This document shows positions 37,322-50,585 of a stretch of DNA of 64,000 nt, one piece after another (position 1 is the stretch's first letter; every line of letters begins with the position of its first letter). Source of the DNA: Eledone cirrhosa (taxonomy: Eukaryota). The position numbers and the translations under genes were made by a program. The DNA lies in contig OZ024748.1 in NCBI GenBank assembly GCA_964016885.1, positions 43,214,001 to 43,278,000 on the forward strand, written 5' to 3'. The notes under the pieces were generated by a model that was not told the origin of the DNA, did no database searches, and saw nothing but the letters and a program-made list of their open reading frames with translations.

Positions 37322-39142
37322 TTACTTGAGTATTTCAATATTGATATCAGGAGCCATAGACAAATGTTTCGATTCACAAGATCGATAAAAACGTACATTT
37401 CTTGCGCGAAGAATCTTCCAGCTTGACAAAATATGTAATCCTTTATCTCCATCAATTTTGATATGATCTACATCAGAAAGACCGTCCCTGATCCACATGG
37501 AACGAAATCGAATAAATGGTAAAAATGTTGAAGTATTGACCATCGATATGTTGTAGTAGAGGATCTGGGTTTGTAAACGATTGCTGATAATTTCAATATT
37601 AGCCGATGAATTGTCATAATATTGTATGAATGCTATAAATGTTGGTTCAGTTTGGACAATTTTGATGATTCTAATGTCTGCAAATGGTCGAAAACTTGAC
37701 AAGTTAGTTGGTCCAAGAATTACGGATGAACCAAATGGAATCCAATCAACACCATGAACTAACGGTGGAAGTGTCCGGGCATTACCGTCTTGATAGAGAA
37801 CAAATATTTGTGACGTGTTACTTGATCCAAGAACACGTTTACTCAATCGAATGAAATCAATATTATCGAACTTATTACCTTCTAGAATGACACTCATAGT
37901 TCTAGGTCGTCGCCACCAGAAATCGATATTAACACCTTCTAATGCAGTATTGAGACTTCGATATAATGGTATCACTGTTTCTCCCCGTTCTGGTCGTCTA
38001 ATTAAACTAATCTCATCAATAATTACTAATTGATCTTCTTCAGAAACCAATATCAGGAATATAGCATTGATATTACTTTCTGACCATGTGAAGTCAGGTA
38101 TTGACCAAATTCCTGTTGGTGCCTGTGCAGAAAATGTCCTGTGTTGTAATTCAGAAAGCTTACTATTTCTACCATTATATGTCATATTTATAAAGAGAGG
38201 TCGAGTAATTTTCTTTAGTTTTACTGTAAAGTTCGATCCAATATCGGCATCGATCACTCCACTCATTTTACCTTTCAGCGGAAAAAATATAATAAATTTA
38301 TATAACCTTAATTTTGTTAATCTTATTGTGAACGAATTGATGTTCATGACTACATTATGTTCTGGGTCAATTGGTTTACCTTTTAACAACCAAAGCTGTG
38401 GTGATGAGAGGCTGAAACAATCCTGGAATATTGCATTGCGATTGTTAAGCAGACTTTTGTAACGTGGATATGAAGGTGTGATACGATATCTTTTTACCTG
38501 AGCATGAATAAAAGCTATGTCAATGTTGTCCTGCTCTGCACATTTAGTCGGGAAACTTCGCTGGATTAAAGTTACTAGATCAGATCTTCGAGTGTTGTCT
38601 TTCTTCGTTGGTTCTGGTTTGTCCAGTTCTGGGAAACAACTCAATCTACACGACATCAAATCTTCAGAAATATAAGGATTATCTGTCATTATAGTCAAAG
38701 AATCAATTTCGATTCCTTGTGTCTCATTTAAATTAATCTGAATATCCAAAAAATGAATACCTTCTGTTAAAAATAAAGGTTTCCTAGCTGGTCCCGAGTC
38801 ACGAAATTCATTCCATAGTTGGCCGCCTTTGGAACGGCCTGATATAGAGAATGACTGCAACAATTGGTTATTAATATTAACTAGAACAACAGTTGAGTTT
38901 CCATCAATAGAATATCGAAATCCCATCATACGAATGGAAGAATTACTAGCAATACACATGTCCAACCGAATGGTTTTCCCTGGTAATAAATAAACAGCTT
39001 TCTTATTCGAAGCATTTGATCGACTATGAACCTTTAAACCTCCAGGTTGTTCTTCAGCTTCAAAAACCAATTCCGAAGTTTCTGCTAATACATAGTTTAT
39101 GGTGATAAATAAAAAGAAAGTAGTTTGCCAACAAACGAACAT
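37322..39142 (-). CDS. Uncharacterised secreted protein, 606 aa, N-terminal CBM6/CBM35-like domain (paralogue A)
   Basis: Single 1.8-kb ORF in AT-rich DNA; hydrophobic signal peptide; FEAE..SNASNKKAV..RYS.DG..LW..G.H.L.I..GIEIDSL; colinear with 45046-46863. Confidence 0.85.
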   Translation of the reverse strand: MFVCWQTTFFLFITINYVLAETSELVFEAEEQPGGLKVHSRSNASNKKAVYLLPGKTIRLDMCIASNSSIRMMGFRYSIDGNSTVVLVNINNQLLQSFSISGRSKGGQLWNEFRDSGPARKPLFLTEGIHFLDIQINLNETQGIEIDSLTIMTDNPYISEDLMSCRLSCFPELDKPEPTKKDNTRRSDLVTLIQRSFPTKCAEQDNIDIAFIHAQVKRYRITPSYPRYKSLLNNRNAIFQDCFSLSSPQLWLLKGKPIDPEHNVVMNINSFTIRLTKLRLYKFIIFFPLKGKMSGVIDADIGSNFTVKLKKITRPLFINMTYNGRNSKLSELQHRTFSAQAPTGIWSIPDFTWSESNINAIFLILVSEEDQLVIIDEISLIRRPERGETVIPLYRSLNTALEGVNIDFWWRRPRTMSVILEGNKFDNIDFIRLSKRVLGSSNTSQIFVLYQDGNARTLPPLVHGVDWIPFGSSVILGPTNLSSFRPFADIRIIKIVQTEPTFIAFIQYYDNSSANIEIISNRLQTQILYYNISMVNTSTFLPFIRFRSMWIRDGLSDVDHIKIDGDKGLHILSSWKILRARNVRFYRSCESKHLSMAPDINIEILK

Positions 39143-39184
39143 TTTCGATAAGTTCTTGTTTTTTTAAAGAGGTTTTGTTGTTTT

Positions 39185-39220
<36 letters not shown>

Positions 39221-39790
39221 GGTGATAATATTCAGAGAGCAAACACGGCTGAATTCTTCTCTGGTATAATCCGTTTTAGAAATGCCTTGCCGCTACTTGC
39301 TATGTATTGTGTATAATAACTCACTTTATCATTTTTAACTCTTACAAATAACTGCACCCACTTCTTTTCTTATTATGCTGCTAATGTACATACACACAGA
39401 TACACACACAGTCACATATACACATATGCATTAACAAAGCAATATAAACAAGCACCGACTCGCACACACCCAGCCAGTGACATACACAAACATATACCCA
39501 CATACATACACAGTCACACATACACACACACACCGCCACACAGTGACTTTGTTCAGCTATTTTGGCAGCCAAGTTCCCTGTTATCTTACAGTTCCCATGC
39601 CTCCCTGGCGGCAGATGCTAAATAAAACTCCACTTAGTTTCTTTTTCAAGTCACCAACAATAGACTCTCACGTACAAAGACACACCCTCACGCATACATA
39701 CACATACACACACATATATATCTGTGTGTGTGTGTATGTGTGTATATATATAAATTGGCAGTAAAAGAAAGAGAAATGGGTGTGGATGTG

Positions 39791-39826
<36 letters not shown>

Positions 39827-40046
39827 CACGCGTATATGCACACCGACGCATATATGTGTGTGTGTGTGTCTATATTTATAGATAGAGAGAGAGAGATATA
39901 CACACACATATATTTCTAAGTCTACACACACACAGATACACACACATCTTTCTGGCTCTCTGTGCCATTAGGATCCAACAAAAAACTTACTCTGTGCCCT
40001 CTGACATTAGCAATGTCTATTATTTGTTGACTTAAGTGAAACTGAA

Positions 40047-40595
40047 AGAGAGAACTTCACAGAGAGAGAGAGAACTTCACAGAGAGAGAACTTCACAGAG
40101 AGAGAGAACTTCACAGAGAGAGAACTTCACAGAGAGAGAACTCCACAGAGAGAGAGAACTTCACAGAGAGAGAACTTCACAGAAAGAGAGAACTTCACAG
40201 AGAGAGAACTCCACAGAAAGAGAGAACTTCACAGAGAGAGAACTTCACAGAGAGAGAACTCCACAGAGAGAGAGAACTTCACAGAGAGAGAACTTCACAG
40301 AGAGAGAACTCCACAGAAAGAGAGAACTTCACAGAGAGAGAACTTCACAGAGAGAGAACTTCACAGAGAGAGAACTCCACAGAGAGAGAGAGAACTTCAC
40401 AGAGAGAGAGAACTTCACAGAGAGAGAACTTCACAGAGAGAGAACTTCACAGAGAGAGAACTCCACAGAGAGAGAGAACTTCACAGAGAGAGAACTTCAC
40501 AGAGAGAGAACTCCACAGAGAGAGAGAACTTCACAGAGAGAGAACTTCACAGAGAGAGAGAGAGAGAGAGAGAGAACTTCACAGAGAGAGAACTA
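40047..40595. repeat. Imperfect (gagaga)aacttcaca minisatellite merging into (GA)n
   Basis: Direct inspection. Confidence 0.9.
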
Positions 40596-40617
40596 GTTAG
40601 AGAGAGAGAGAACTAGT

Positions 40618-40657
<40 letters not shown>

Positions 40658-41588
40658 ATGTTAACAGTTGTTCTGAATAAAGATGTCATTGAAATGAAGA
40701 ACGGTAATGACATTTAAAGGACTTAAACAACAACAACAACAACAACAACAACTACTACTACTATAACAATAACTACAACAACTACAACGGTAATGACATT
40801 TAAAGAACTTAAATAACAACAACTATAGCAACAACAACTACAACAACAGCAACTACAACTACGACAACTATAGCCGAATCACGACAGCAGTACCTTGTGG
40901 TATTTATTTGGCTCATAATGTTCCCAGTTCAAAATCCCACCGTAGTCAATGTTTTGCCTTTCATCTTTCCAATAAAATAAAGTACCAGTGATGTATTGGG
41001 GTCGATTTAAATAAATGAATAAATAGGTTTATAAGAAAGATTGTGTGATGTGTGGTTTGGATTGTTTGAGGAAAGTCAATACAATGCAAGTTAGAAATTA
41101 AGGAGTGAAAAGGTAATTAAATTAAGACAAACAAAATGGTAGTTATAACATGATTTTCAAAAGTCTAGGGAGCTGGAGAAATGTGGGGCTATGCTGTGTT
41201 CTATCTCATCTAATTGATGTTGGGAATTTCTTTCAGTTTTATACAAAAAATGTGGTTCAGCTTGCAATATGTTTTGTGGGGCTGTCGAGCAGGTCCTGCC
41301 GGAAATTGAGGGACGTCTTACCAGAAGCAAAGGACGATTGACGTCACCTCAGGCTTCGGGGTCTATTGACTGCCTCTTTTTCCACAGACCATGGTCAAGT
41401 GTGGACGTGTTTTACGAACATGAGAGAGGTTGTCATCCTCAGTCAGATGTAAGTCAAATGGATGTCGGCACACTGCACAGCATTCGGACTACATCTACAT
41501 CTTTGAAGTACAATTTAATAGATACAAGACCAGCAATTTAGGAGAAGGGATAAGTACTTAACTTGGTACTTGTGTGTCTGTGATATAC

Positions 41589-41668
<80 letters not shown>

Positions 41669-43043
41669 CAGCTCTGAACACAAAAGAACCAAGCTCCCAC
41701 TGTCACTGCCTCCATCCCTCCCGCTTTCCCCACCTCTCATAATTATGAGCAAACGGGGGCTCACGCACCGACTGCCGTATGGCCCCGGTGGAAAGAACAG
41801 AGAAGGCACCCCCCTGGAGGACAGCAAGGGAGATGCGTTAGTAGAGACAGGTAACCTACTCAAACATTATAACGCTATAAAAAATGTTTATGTTAGGCAT
41901 TAAAGTTGCTTAGAGTTATCTCCCTTGCATGTCGTGACTATGATGTAAATGAATTAGTGTTGTGAGTGTATGTGTGTGTGAGTGTATGTGTGTGTGTGTG
42001 CATGCGTGTGTGTGAGTGTGTGTGTGTATGTGTAAGAGTGTGTATGTGTAGGAGTGTGTATGTGTATGTGTGAGTGTGTGTATGTGTGTCAGCATTATTA
42101 ACCCTTTCATCTGAAGATTACCACATAACATCTACCCTAATATGTTAATCCACCTCATGGTCTTGGCCGTCGACAACATGGAGAAGACATTGTCCAGGAG
42201 GACGGTGAAGGGGACACGCTGGTACAGCCACTATCCACAAGTTCTTAGTTTCAATATCGCAAGCCCTGCGATGTAGAGTGGCTGTTTCAGAGCATCTCTT
42301 CGCTGTCACCCGCGGCAATGCAGACCTTGTGATGCAATTTGATGATGAAACATGTGTTAGGAAAAAAACAAGCAAGGTGTTCTAACACACACACACATAT
42401 ATATCTTTAAAAATAGACAGTTGCTGTACCAGAGATTCAGGGGTGGTTTCGGGTGCATGGAAATAAAGGACTTAATGAAGATTTAATGACTTAATGAAGA
42501 TTTAAAGACCGTCAAAGTTTCCTTGGGATTTGAGTTGTCAAAAGAGAAATTGGTCGAAGAGTTAGCTTTGAAATCCTGCTTAGGAAAATGGCTTCTGAAT
42601 CTCATCAGATATTAATCCAAAATGTCATAGATGTATGACATTCAGGACAAAGAGTATTTAATTAATATACCAGTGTACATATATATATGTGTATATATAT
42701 ATACTTTATATATATAATATATATTAATATATATATAGACACACATATATATATATATGTGTATATATATATATATACACATACATGCACACACACACAT
42801 ATATATTTGGTATGTATGCACTGTTGCCCATACACAGGGATTCAAGATTAAACAATCTAATTACCATTTCCTGTGTACATGTGAGTCAAAAGTTAGTGGA
42901 CCTTCTCGGTATTTTGTCATACTTAATTCATTATGTATGTATATGTGTGTGTATGTATGTGTGTGTATATATATACCTAATGTGAACTTAATATAACTGT
43001 GTACAATTGCTGCCTGTGTTTTGTTCGTTCATTTTCAACTATA

Positions 43044-43122
<79 letters not shown>

Positions 43123-43318
43123 ACACACACATATATAGTATCTATGTATGTATATATGTAGGTATCTATATATATGCATATATATACATACATATAAATT
43201 ATATATTTGTGTGTATGTGTGTGCATGTGTGTATGTATATATATATGCATGTATATATATGCATATATATATATATATATATACATACATATATATATAG
43301 ATATCATATATACATATA

Positions 43319-43389
<71 letters not shown>

Positions 43390-43487
43390 AAGTATATGTG
43401 TATATTTATATTTATATATATGTGTATGTGTATATATATGCGTGTATGTGCATAGTGTGCATGTATATATATATGCATGTATATATA

Positions 43488-43525
<38 letters not shown>

Positions 43526-43537
43526 TATATAGATATC

Positions 43538-43610
<73 letters not shown>

Positions 43611-43701
43611 AACAAGTATATGTGTGTATATGTGTATATTTATATATATGTGTATGTGTATATATATGCGTGTATGTGCGTATATATATATATATACATA
43701 T

Positions 43702-43732
<31 letters not shown>

Positions 43733-44193
43733 TTTCCTAATACTTTCAAGACAAAAAGATGAATAAACAAATATGTGACAGGTGACAGATGACAAGAAAC
43801 AAAAGACTTAAAAACAAAAGAGAAATATCAACATTTGAAAAGTAATGTTAAATCTGCACAGATGCTAGATCATTGTCTCAAGAGGAAAAAATATCCCCAG
43901 CTTTAACATGGAATTAGATCATCGATGTCTCCCAACTTAACCAATAGTTTGCTGCTTGCTCGTTTAGAAAGAGCCTATCAAATTGTTCTACCTGACTGAA
44001 ACCAGAATACTTATCTGCCATGTAATCACCAATCTAGTGTTGTGTAGTGCTAAGAAATTGTTGGAATTACAAAAGTTTTCACATCCTACTATAGTTTTAC
44101 ATCTGTGTGTTTGTTCCCCGGTGAAAAGATCGACATTTCTAAGTAACAACACCAACAGCAATCCTGAATGTAAAAGGTATTTATATATATATG

Positions 44194-44252
<59 letters not shown>

Positions 44253-44426
44253 TTATATATATCTATATATATATATATATATTTATACATAAATATATAT
44301 ATATAAATATATATATATTTATGTATATATTTATATATATAAAAAAATATATATTTATAAATATAAATATATTTATATATAAAATTATGTATATATAAAT
44401 ATATATATATATAAATATATGTCAAT

Positions 44427-44541
44427 ATTTTATAAAACACTCTTTGTATTTTATCTGATGAAAGCGTACGAAAGTTTTTGGTACCCTTGAAATAGAATAG
44501 ATATGGTTTTATAAATATAGTTTCCATTTATATAATATCAT
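44427..44541 (+). mobile_element. Short PLE-derived repeat with decayed hammerhead (stem III deleted)
   Basis: ttttat-CTGATGA-aagcgtacgaaagtttttggtaccctt-GAAA-tagaat; family of 53903-54113. Confidence 0.65.
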
Positions 44542-44898
44542 TGTATATATATATATACATATGTTTATATATATAAATATATATATATTTATATATATAT
44601 ATATATATATAAATATATATATATATATTTATATATAAATATATATATATGTTTATATATATAAATATAAATATATTCATTAGTTAAGCAAAACAAGACC
44701 ACAAATTTCACAAGGAAGACATTATTTAAAGATTGTTAACATATTTGTAGTTTAATGTAAGGAATGTAAAGAATAATAATAATAATACTAATAAATATAA
44801 ATATATATATATTTATATATATAAATATATATATATATATACATTTATATAATATATTTTATAATATATATATATATACATTTATATAATATATTTTA

Positions 44899-44929
<31 letters not shown>

Positions 44930-45045
44930 AATACATTTTTTTTTCTTTTTGTGATAATTGTTTACCTTGGCTTTACCGATTCCTCTCCTTTTTTCCTTCC
45001 TTCTTTTTTCTCTGTCTGTCTTTTCTTTCTTTCTTCTTCCATAGA

Positions 45046-46863
45046 ATGATCTGGAAAATGGTCGTACGGTTGATACTGCTGACTCTTCTATCTTGTATAT
45101 TAACTATGGCACTACAAGTGATACCAGTGACTGTGTCGAAATGGGTCCACAGTCACAGGATGATGGATCGAGATGGAGCAAATGAGAAGAAAACTGTTCA
45201 TTTATACGAAGGTGAGTCACTGAAGCTATCAATTTGTGTGAGACAAACAGCTATTTATTCAATAGCCAGCATTCGTTATTCCAACGATGGCTTATCTGAT
45301 AGCATTATAGTATATTTGGATGGTAAACCTATTGGAAATTTTACTTCAAAGACAAACTCAAAATATGGTGCATTGTGGAATGATTTTGACACCTCGGGAA
45401 GAATTGCTAAACCCACCATTCTTGAAATCGGTACATATTACCTGGAATTATTTGTAAGCAGTTCAGATAAGTATGGCATTGAAATTGATTCGGTGAACAT
45501 TGAGACAAATGATGCTACTGTAGGAGAATCTATTCTGATGTGTTACTTACAATGTCAAGAAAACTTCAATTACACCAGAGAGCAGATACAATGTTCTTCT
45601 TCAGCTAAAATGGAATTAATTCAAAGAAGTTTTCGAACTTTGTGTGCTGAGCAAGACAACATTGATATCGCACTTTTCCACAGAATTGTTTCCAAGTATC
45701 GAATTGTTGCTTCTTATCCAAAATATAACACTTCACTGAATCTAAAACATGCAGAGTTTAAAAACTGTGAAAACTTAAGCCCTTCTTTGCTGTGGAGATT
45801 ACCAGGAAAACAAAATACGGATTCTTCATTTCAATCATCTCTGAAGTCATATATATTTAAAGTAAAGAAAAATATTCCTTTTGTCTTTGAAATAAAATTT
45901 CATTTAAAGGGAAAAGATGAGGGTTTGATTGATTCAGATGTCGGATCAGTTCTGGAGATGAATTTTACAAATGTTGAAGGAAATTTCTCTGTTGGTTGTT
46001 CCTATACTATAAGAGCTGAACTATTTTCTCCAAGCATCAGCTATTTGATAACACTAAATCACTGGAACCAGACATGGACAGTACCAGATTATACGTGGTC
46101 AGAATACCAGTGCAATAGCATCAAATGTAATATCTTAAGCACTTCCAACCAAATAATTAACATCAGACACATCCAACTTTCAAGAAGAAAGGAACGTGGA
46201 GAGACTCAAAATTACATCTATAAAGACGAGGACATTATCATAAAAGGAGTAAATGTAGATTTTTGGTGGCGCCGACCAAAGACAACCCTTGTCACCTACA
46301 ACAATTCATATTTCCCTAATGTTGATTTTATTGTCGTCTACAAACGTATACCAAATACGTTTAATTTCAACCAAATCTTCGTCCTTTATCAAGATGGTAA
46401 CTCACGTACTCTACCACTCCCTCCAGAAGGAATTGATTGGATACCATTCGGATCATCAGTTATCATTGGACAAAGTAATTTAAGCGCTTTCCGCCCAGTC
46501 TCAGAAATTACAAGAATCAAAATTCTGGACGTTTCCAAAGAGAAAGTTTCATTGAGATTGTATTACTACGACGGTGGAGCAGCTATCGTTGATATATCAA
46601 GTAACGAAAGTGAAACGGAAGTGTCTGTCATACCTCTTATATACAAACAACCTCTGTCAATATCTCCATTTGCACGGTTTCGTTCCATGTGGATAATTGA
46701 TGGACAATGTGACGTTGATCATCTACAGACCGACAACAACCAACCTCGGGGTATCATGGATGGTTGGACGACAATGAAAGGATGTCAAGTGAATTTCTTT
46801 CGGATGTGTCAGTCTTCTCACTTAACACTCAGTCCAGATATCATGATGGAAATACTTCCATGA
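45046..46863 (+). CDS. Uncharacterised secreted protein, 605 aa (paralogue B)
   Basis: Single ORF, signal peptide; shares CAEQDNIDIA, PD.TWSE, DFWWRRP, QIFVLYQDGN.RTLP, DWIPFGSSVI, RFRSMWI.DG..DVDH with paralogue A; polypyrimidine tract + AG just before the ATG. Confidence 0.87.
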   Translation: MIWKMVVRLILLTLLSCILTMALQVIPVTVSKWVHSHRMMDRDGANEKKTVHLYEGESLKLSICVRQTAIYSIASIRYSNDGLSDSIIVYLDGKPIGNFTSKTNSKYGALWNDFDTSGRIAKPTILEIGTYYLELFVSSSDKYGIEIDSVNIETNDATVGESILMCYLQCQENFNYTREQIQCSSSAKMELIQRSFRTLCAEQDNIDIALFHRIVSKYRIVASYPKYNTSLNLKHAEFKNCENLSPSLLWRLPGKQNTDSSFQSSLKSYIFKVKKNIPFVFEIKFHLKGKDEGLIDSDVGSVLEMNFTNVEGNFSVGCSYTIRAELFSPSISYLITLNHWNQTWTVPDYTWSEYQCNSIKCNILSTSNQIINIRHIQLSRRKERGETQNYIYKDEDIIIKGVNVDFWWRRPKTTLVTYNNSYFPNVDFIVVYKRIPNTFNFNQIFVLYQDGNSRTLPLPPEGIDWIPFGSSVIIGQSNLSAFRPVSEITRIKILDVSKEKVSLRLYYYDGGAAIVDISSNESETEVSVIPLIYKQPLSISPFARFRSMWIIDGQCDVDHLQTDNNQPRGIMDGWTTMKGCQVNFFRMCQSSHLTLSPDIMMEILP

Positions 46864-47994
46864 ATACAAAACCTTACTCATAACAACAAGAATGACAACG
46901 ACAACAACAACAAGAACAACAACTACTGCTGCTACCATCAACACCATCACCATCACCATTGTCACTATCGCAATTAATGTTACTAACACCTCACCGCACT
47001 CGCAGCCCACCAACAGCAAATTAGATGTAACTTAGTCACTCAAAGAAGAAGAAACACTGTTTACCTATTATATACCAGACAACAACATTACGAGCAGTTG
47101 ACCTTCTAGAAATAGCAACTAAATCACCTTCAAATTACACCCTACATTAAAAAAGAAAGGACACAATGAACAGCGTAGTCGTAAATATTCTACATAAAAG
47201 ACAATAAAGAAGGGATAACCATGGCCAAAATACCTTGATCTTCTCAGTTAATGCCAGTGCTGGATTATAACTTTGAGAATCCCTAAGCTGTATAGAGCTT
47301 GGAATCCCTCTGTTAAAAAAATTACAAAAGAAGATCTCACAAAAATTGAAAAGCAACATGTCTTTCGAGAGCCCAAAGGACTGTAAAACCTCAGTTGACT
47401 GCAAGACTTTAAAAACCGTAACACCCTGTCCCTGACGAATTTTAAAGCCCTAAGAAAATTGTAAAGCTGCCGAGGACTGTAGAAGCCTTGAGAGCTGTAA
47501 AACCTACAGAGGACTGTAAAAGCCTCAAGAACTGTAAAACCTACTGAGTACTGTAAAGCTGCTGGGGACTGTAGCCACCTACCCAGGACTGTAAAAAACC
47601 CTGAGGACTGTAAAACCTCCAAGTGTTTTAAGGTCCCTAAGGACTGTAAGGTCCTAAGCTGTAGTTTGTTTAGCTTCTCTCTAAATCCGGCACCGATTAG
47701 AGTTCTGTTGGGGTTAAACAACCACTGATCGACCTTGCAGTAAAGTGAAAACTTAGATGAAACTATTGAAAGGATGTAACACACTGTTCAAACTGTTGTT
47801 CTAACTATTTCACATGGAATTAAAAACATTGGATTCTGGGTTTATTAGACGACAGACCTCAATTATTAAATCAAACAGCAAAACTTTGAACAATAATGAA
47901 AAATACATGGCTGGTTTTTGCTTGTGAAAGTTGTAGAAAGAATAAAACGAGTAATCTTTTGATTGAAACCATCAAAGATTTGTTTATTATATCG

Positions 47995-49671
47995 TTATAT
48001 TTTAACATGTTGTATAGTTAAGACTAGGATTGTTTTAAACTATATTAACTAAAATGTTTATATTTTAACATGTATAGTTAAGACTAGGATTGTTTTAAAC
48101 TATATTAACTAAAATGTTTATATTTTAACATGTATAGTTAAGACTAGGATTGTTTTAAACTATATCAACTAAAATGTTTATATTTTAACATGTTGTATAG
48201 TTAAGACTAGGATTGTTTTAAACTATATTAACTAAAATGTTTATATTTTAACATGTATAGTTAAGACTAGGATTGTTTTAAACTATATTAACTAAAATGT
48301 TTATATTTTAACATGTTGTATAGTTAAGACTAGGATTGTTTTAAACTATATCAACTAAAATGTTTATATTTTAACATGTATAGTTAAGACAAGGATTGTT
48401 TTAAACTATATTAACTAAAATGTTTATATTTTAACATGTTGTATAGTTAAGACTAGGATTGTTTTAAACTATATTAACTAAAATGTTTATATTTTAACAT
48501 GTTGTATAGTTAAGACAAGGATTGTTTTAAACTATATTAACTAAAATGTTTATATTTTAACATGTTGTATAGTTAAGACTAGGATTGTTTTAAACTATAT
48601 TAACTAAAATGTTTTTATTTTAACATGTATAGTTAAGACTAGGATTGTTTTAAACTATATTAACTAAAATGTTTATATTTTAACATGTTGTATAGTTAAG
48701 ACTAGGATTGTTTTAAACTATATCAACTAAAATGTTTATATTTTAACATGTATAGTTAAGACAAGGATTGTTTTAAACTATATTAACTAAAATGTTTATA
48801 TTTTAACATGTTGTATAGTTAAGACAAGGATTGTTTTAATCTATATCAACTAAAATGTTTATATTTTAACATGTTGTATAGTTAAGACAAGGATTGTTTT
48901 AAACTATATTAACTAAAATGTTTATATTTTAACATGTTGTATAGTTAAGACAAGGATTGTTTTAATCTATATCAACTAAAATATTTATATTTTAACATGT
49001 TGTATAGTTAAGACAAGGATTGTTTTAAACTATATTAACTAAAATGTTTATATTTTAACATGTATAGTTAAGACTAGGATTGTTTTAAACTATATTAACT
49101 AAAATGTTTATATTTTAACATGTATAGTTAAGACTAGGATTGTTTTAAACTATATTAACTAAAATGTTTATATTTTAACATGTTGTATAGTTAAGACAAG
49201 GATTGTTTTAAACTATATTAACTAAAATGTTTATATTTTAACATGTATAGTTAAGACTAGGATTGTTTTAAACTATATCAACTAAAATGTTTATATTTTA
49301 ACATGTATAGTTAAGACTAGGATTGTTTTAAACTATATCAACTAAAATGTTTATATTTTAACATGTATAGTTAAGACTAGGATTGTTTTAAACTATATTA
49401 ACTAAAATGTTTATATTTTAACATGTATAGTTAAGACTAGGATTGTTTTAAACTATATTAACTAAAATGTTTATATTTTAACATGTTGTATAGTTAAGAC
49501 AAGGATTGTTTTAAACTATATTAACTAAAATGTTTATATTTTAACATGTTGTATAGTTAAGACTAGGATTGTTTTAAACTATATTAGCTAAAATGTTTAT
49601 ATTTTAACATGTTGTATAGTTTAGACTAGGATTGTTTTAAACTATATTAACTAAAATGTTTATATTTTAAC
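47995..49671. repeat. 60/63-bp minisatellite (~27 copies), resuming at 50586-50685
   Basis: tatattttaacatg(ttg)tatagttaagactaggattgttttaaactatattaactaaaatgtt. Confidence 0.95.
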
Positions 49672-50585
49672 ACCTCTCCAAGACAATGTCACTGGACCGA
49701 GATCTTTGGTGCTACGCAGTAATTCAGAAGACCCGCCTTGCCTAAGTACAAAGCGAAACCTAGTCAGTAGGCACCTCCTAACCAAAAATACACCCCCCTC
49801 CCACTACCCCCACCCCTATCTACACCACCCTAAGCTGTATAGAGCTTGGAATCCCTCTGTTAAAAAAATTACAAAAGATCTCACAAAAATTGAAAAGCAA
49901 CATGTCTTTCGCGGGCCCAAAGGACTGTAAAACCTCAGTTGACTGCAAGACTTTAAAAACCATAACACCCTGTCCCTGACGACTTTTAAAGCCCTAAGAA
50001 TTGTAAAGCTGCCAAGGACTGTAGAAGCCTTGAGAGCTGTAAAACCTACAGAGGACTGTAAAAGCCTCAAGAACTGTAAAACCTACTGAGTACTGTAAAG
50101 CTGCTGGGGATTGTAGCCACCTACCCAGGACTGTAAAAAACCCTGAGGACTGTAAAACCTCCGAGTGTTTTAAGGTCCCTAAGGACTGTAAGGTCCTAAG
50201 CTGTAGTTTGTTTAGCTTCTCTCTAAATCCGGCACCGGCACTGTAAAGTTATGTGGGTACCACAACATCCAGTCCTAAATAAATGAGGTCACGTAGGTCT
50301 CACGACAAAAAAACACACAGTCCACGCTGTAATGTGGGCGTGTAGGTAACACGGTAAAAACCTCCCAGTCCATGCTGTAATGTGGGCATGTAGGTAACAT
50401 GGTAAAAACCTCCCAGTCCACACTGTAAACGTGGTTGGTGTCAGGAAGGGCATCCAGCCGTAGAAAAGCCGCCAGACAGTCCTATACGAGCGAGACGACC
50501 AATCTTGCCTCACATGGGACAATTCCCGTCTAAACCCATGCTAGCGTGGAAGATAGACGTTAAACGATGATGATGATGATGACGA
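49672..50585 (+). mobile_element. 3' fragment of RTE LINE inserted in the minisatellite, itself interrupted by a local duplication (49828-50237)
   Basis: Matches the reverse complement of 25117-25560; (gat)n tail. Confidence 0.88.
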
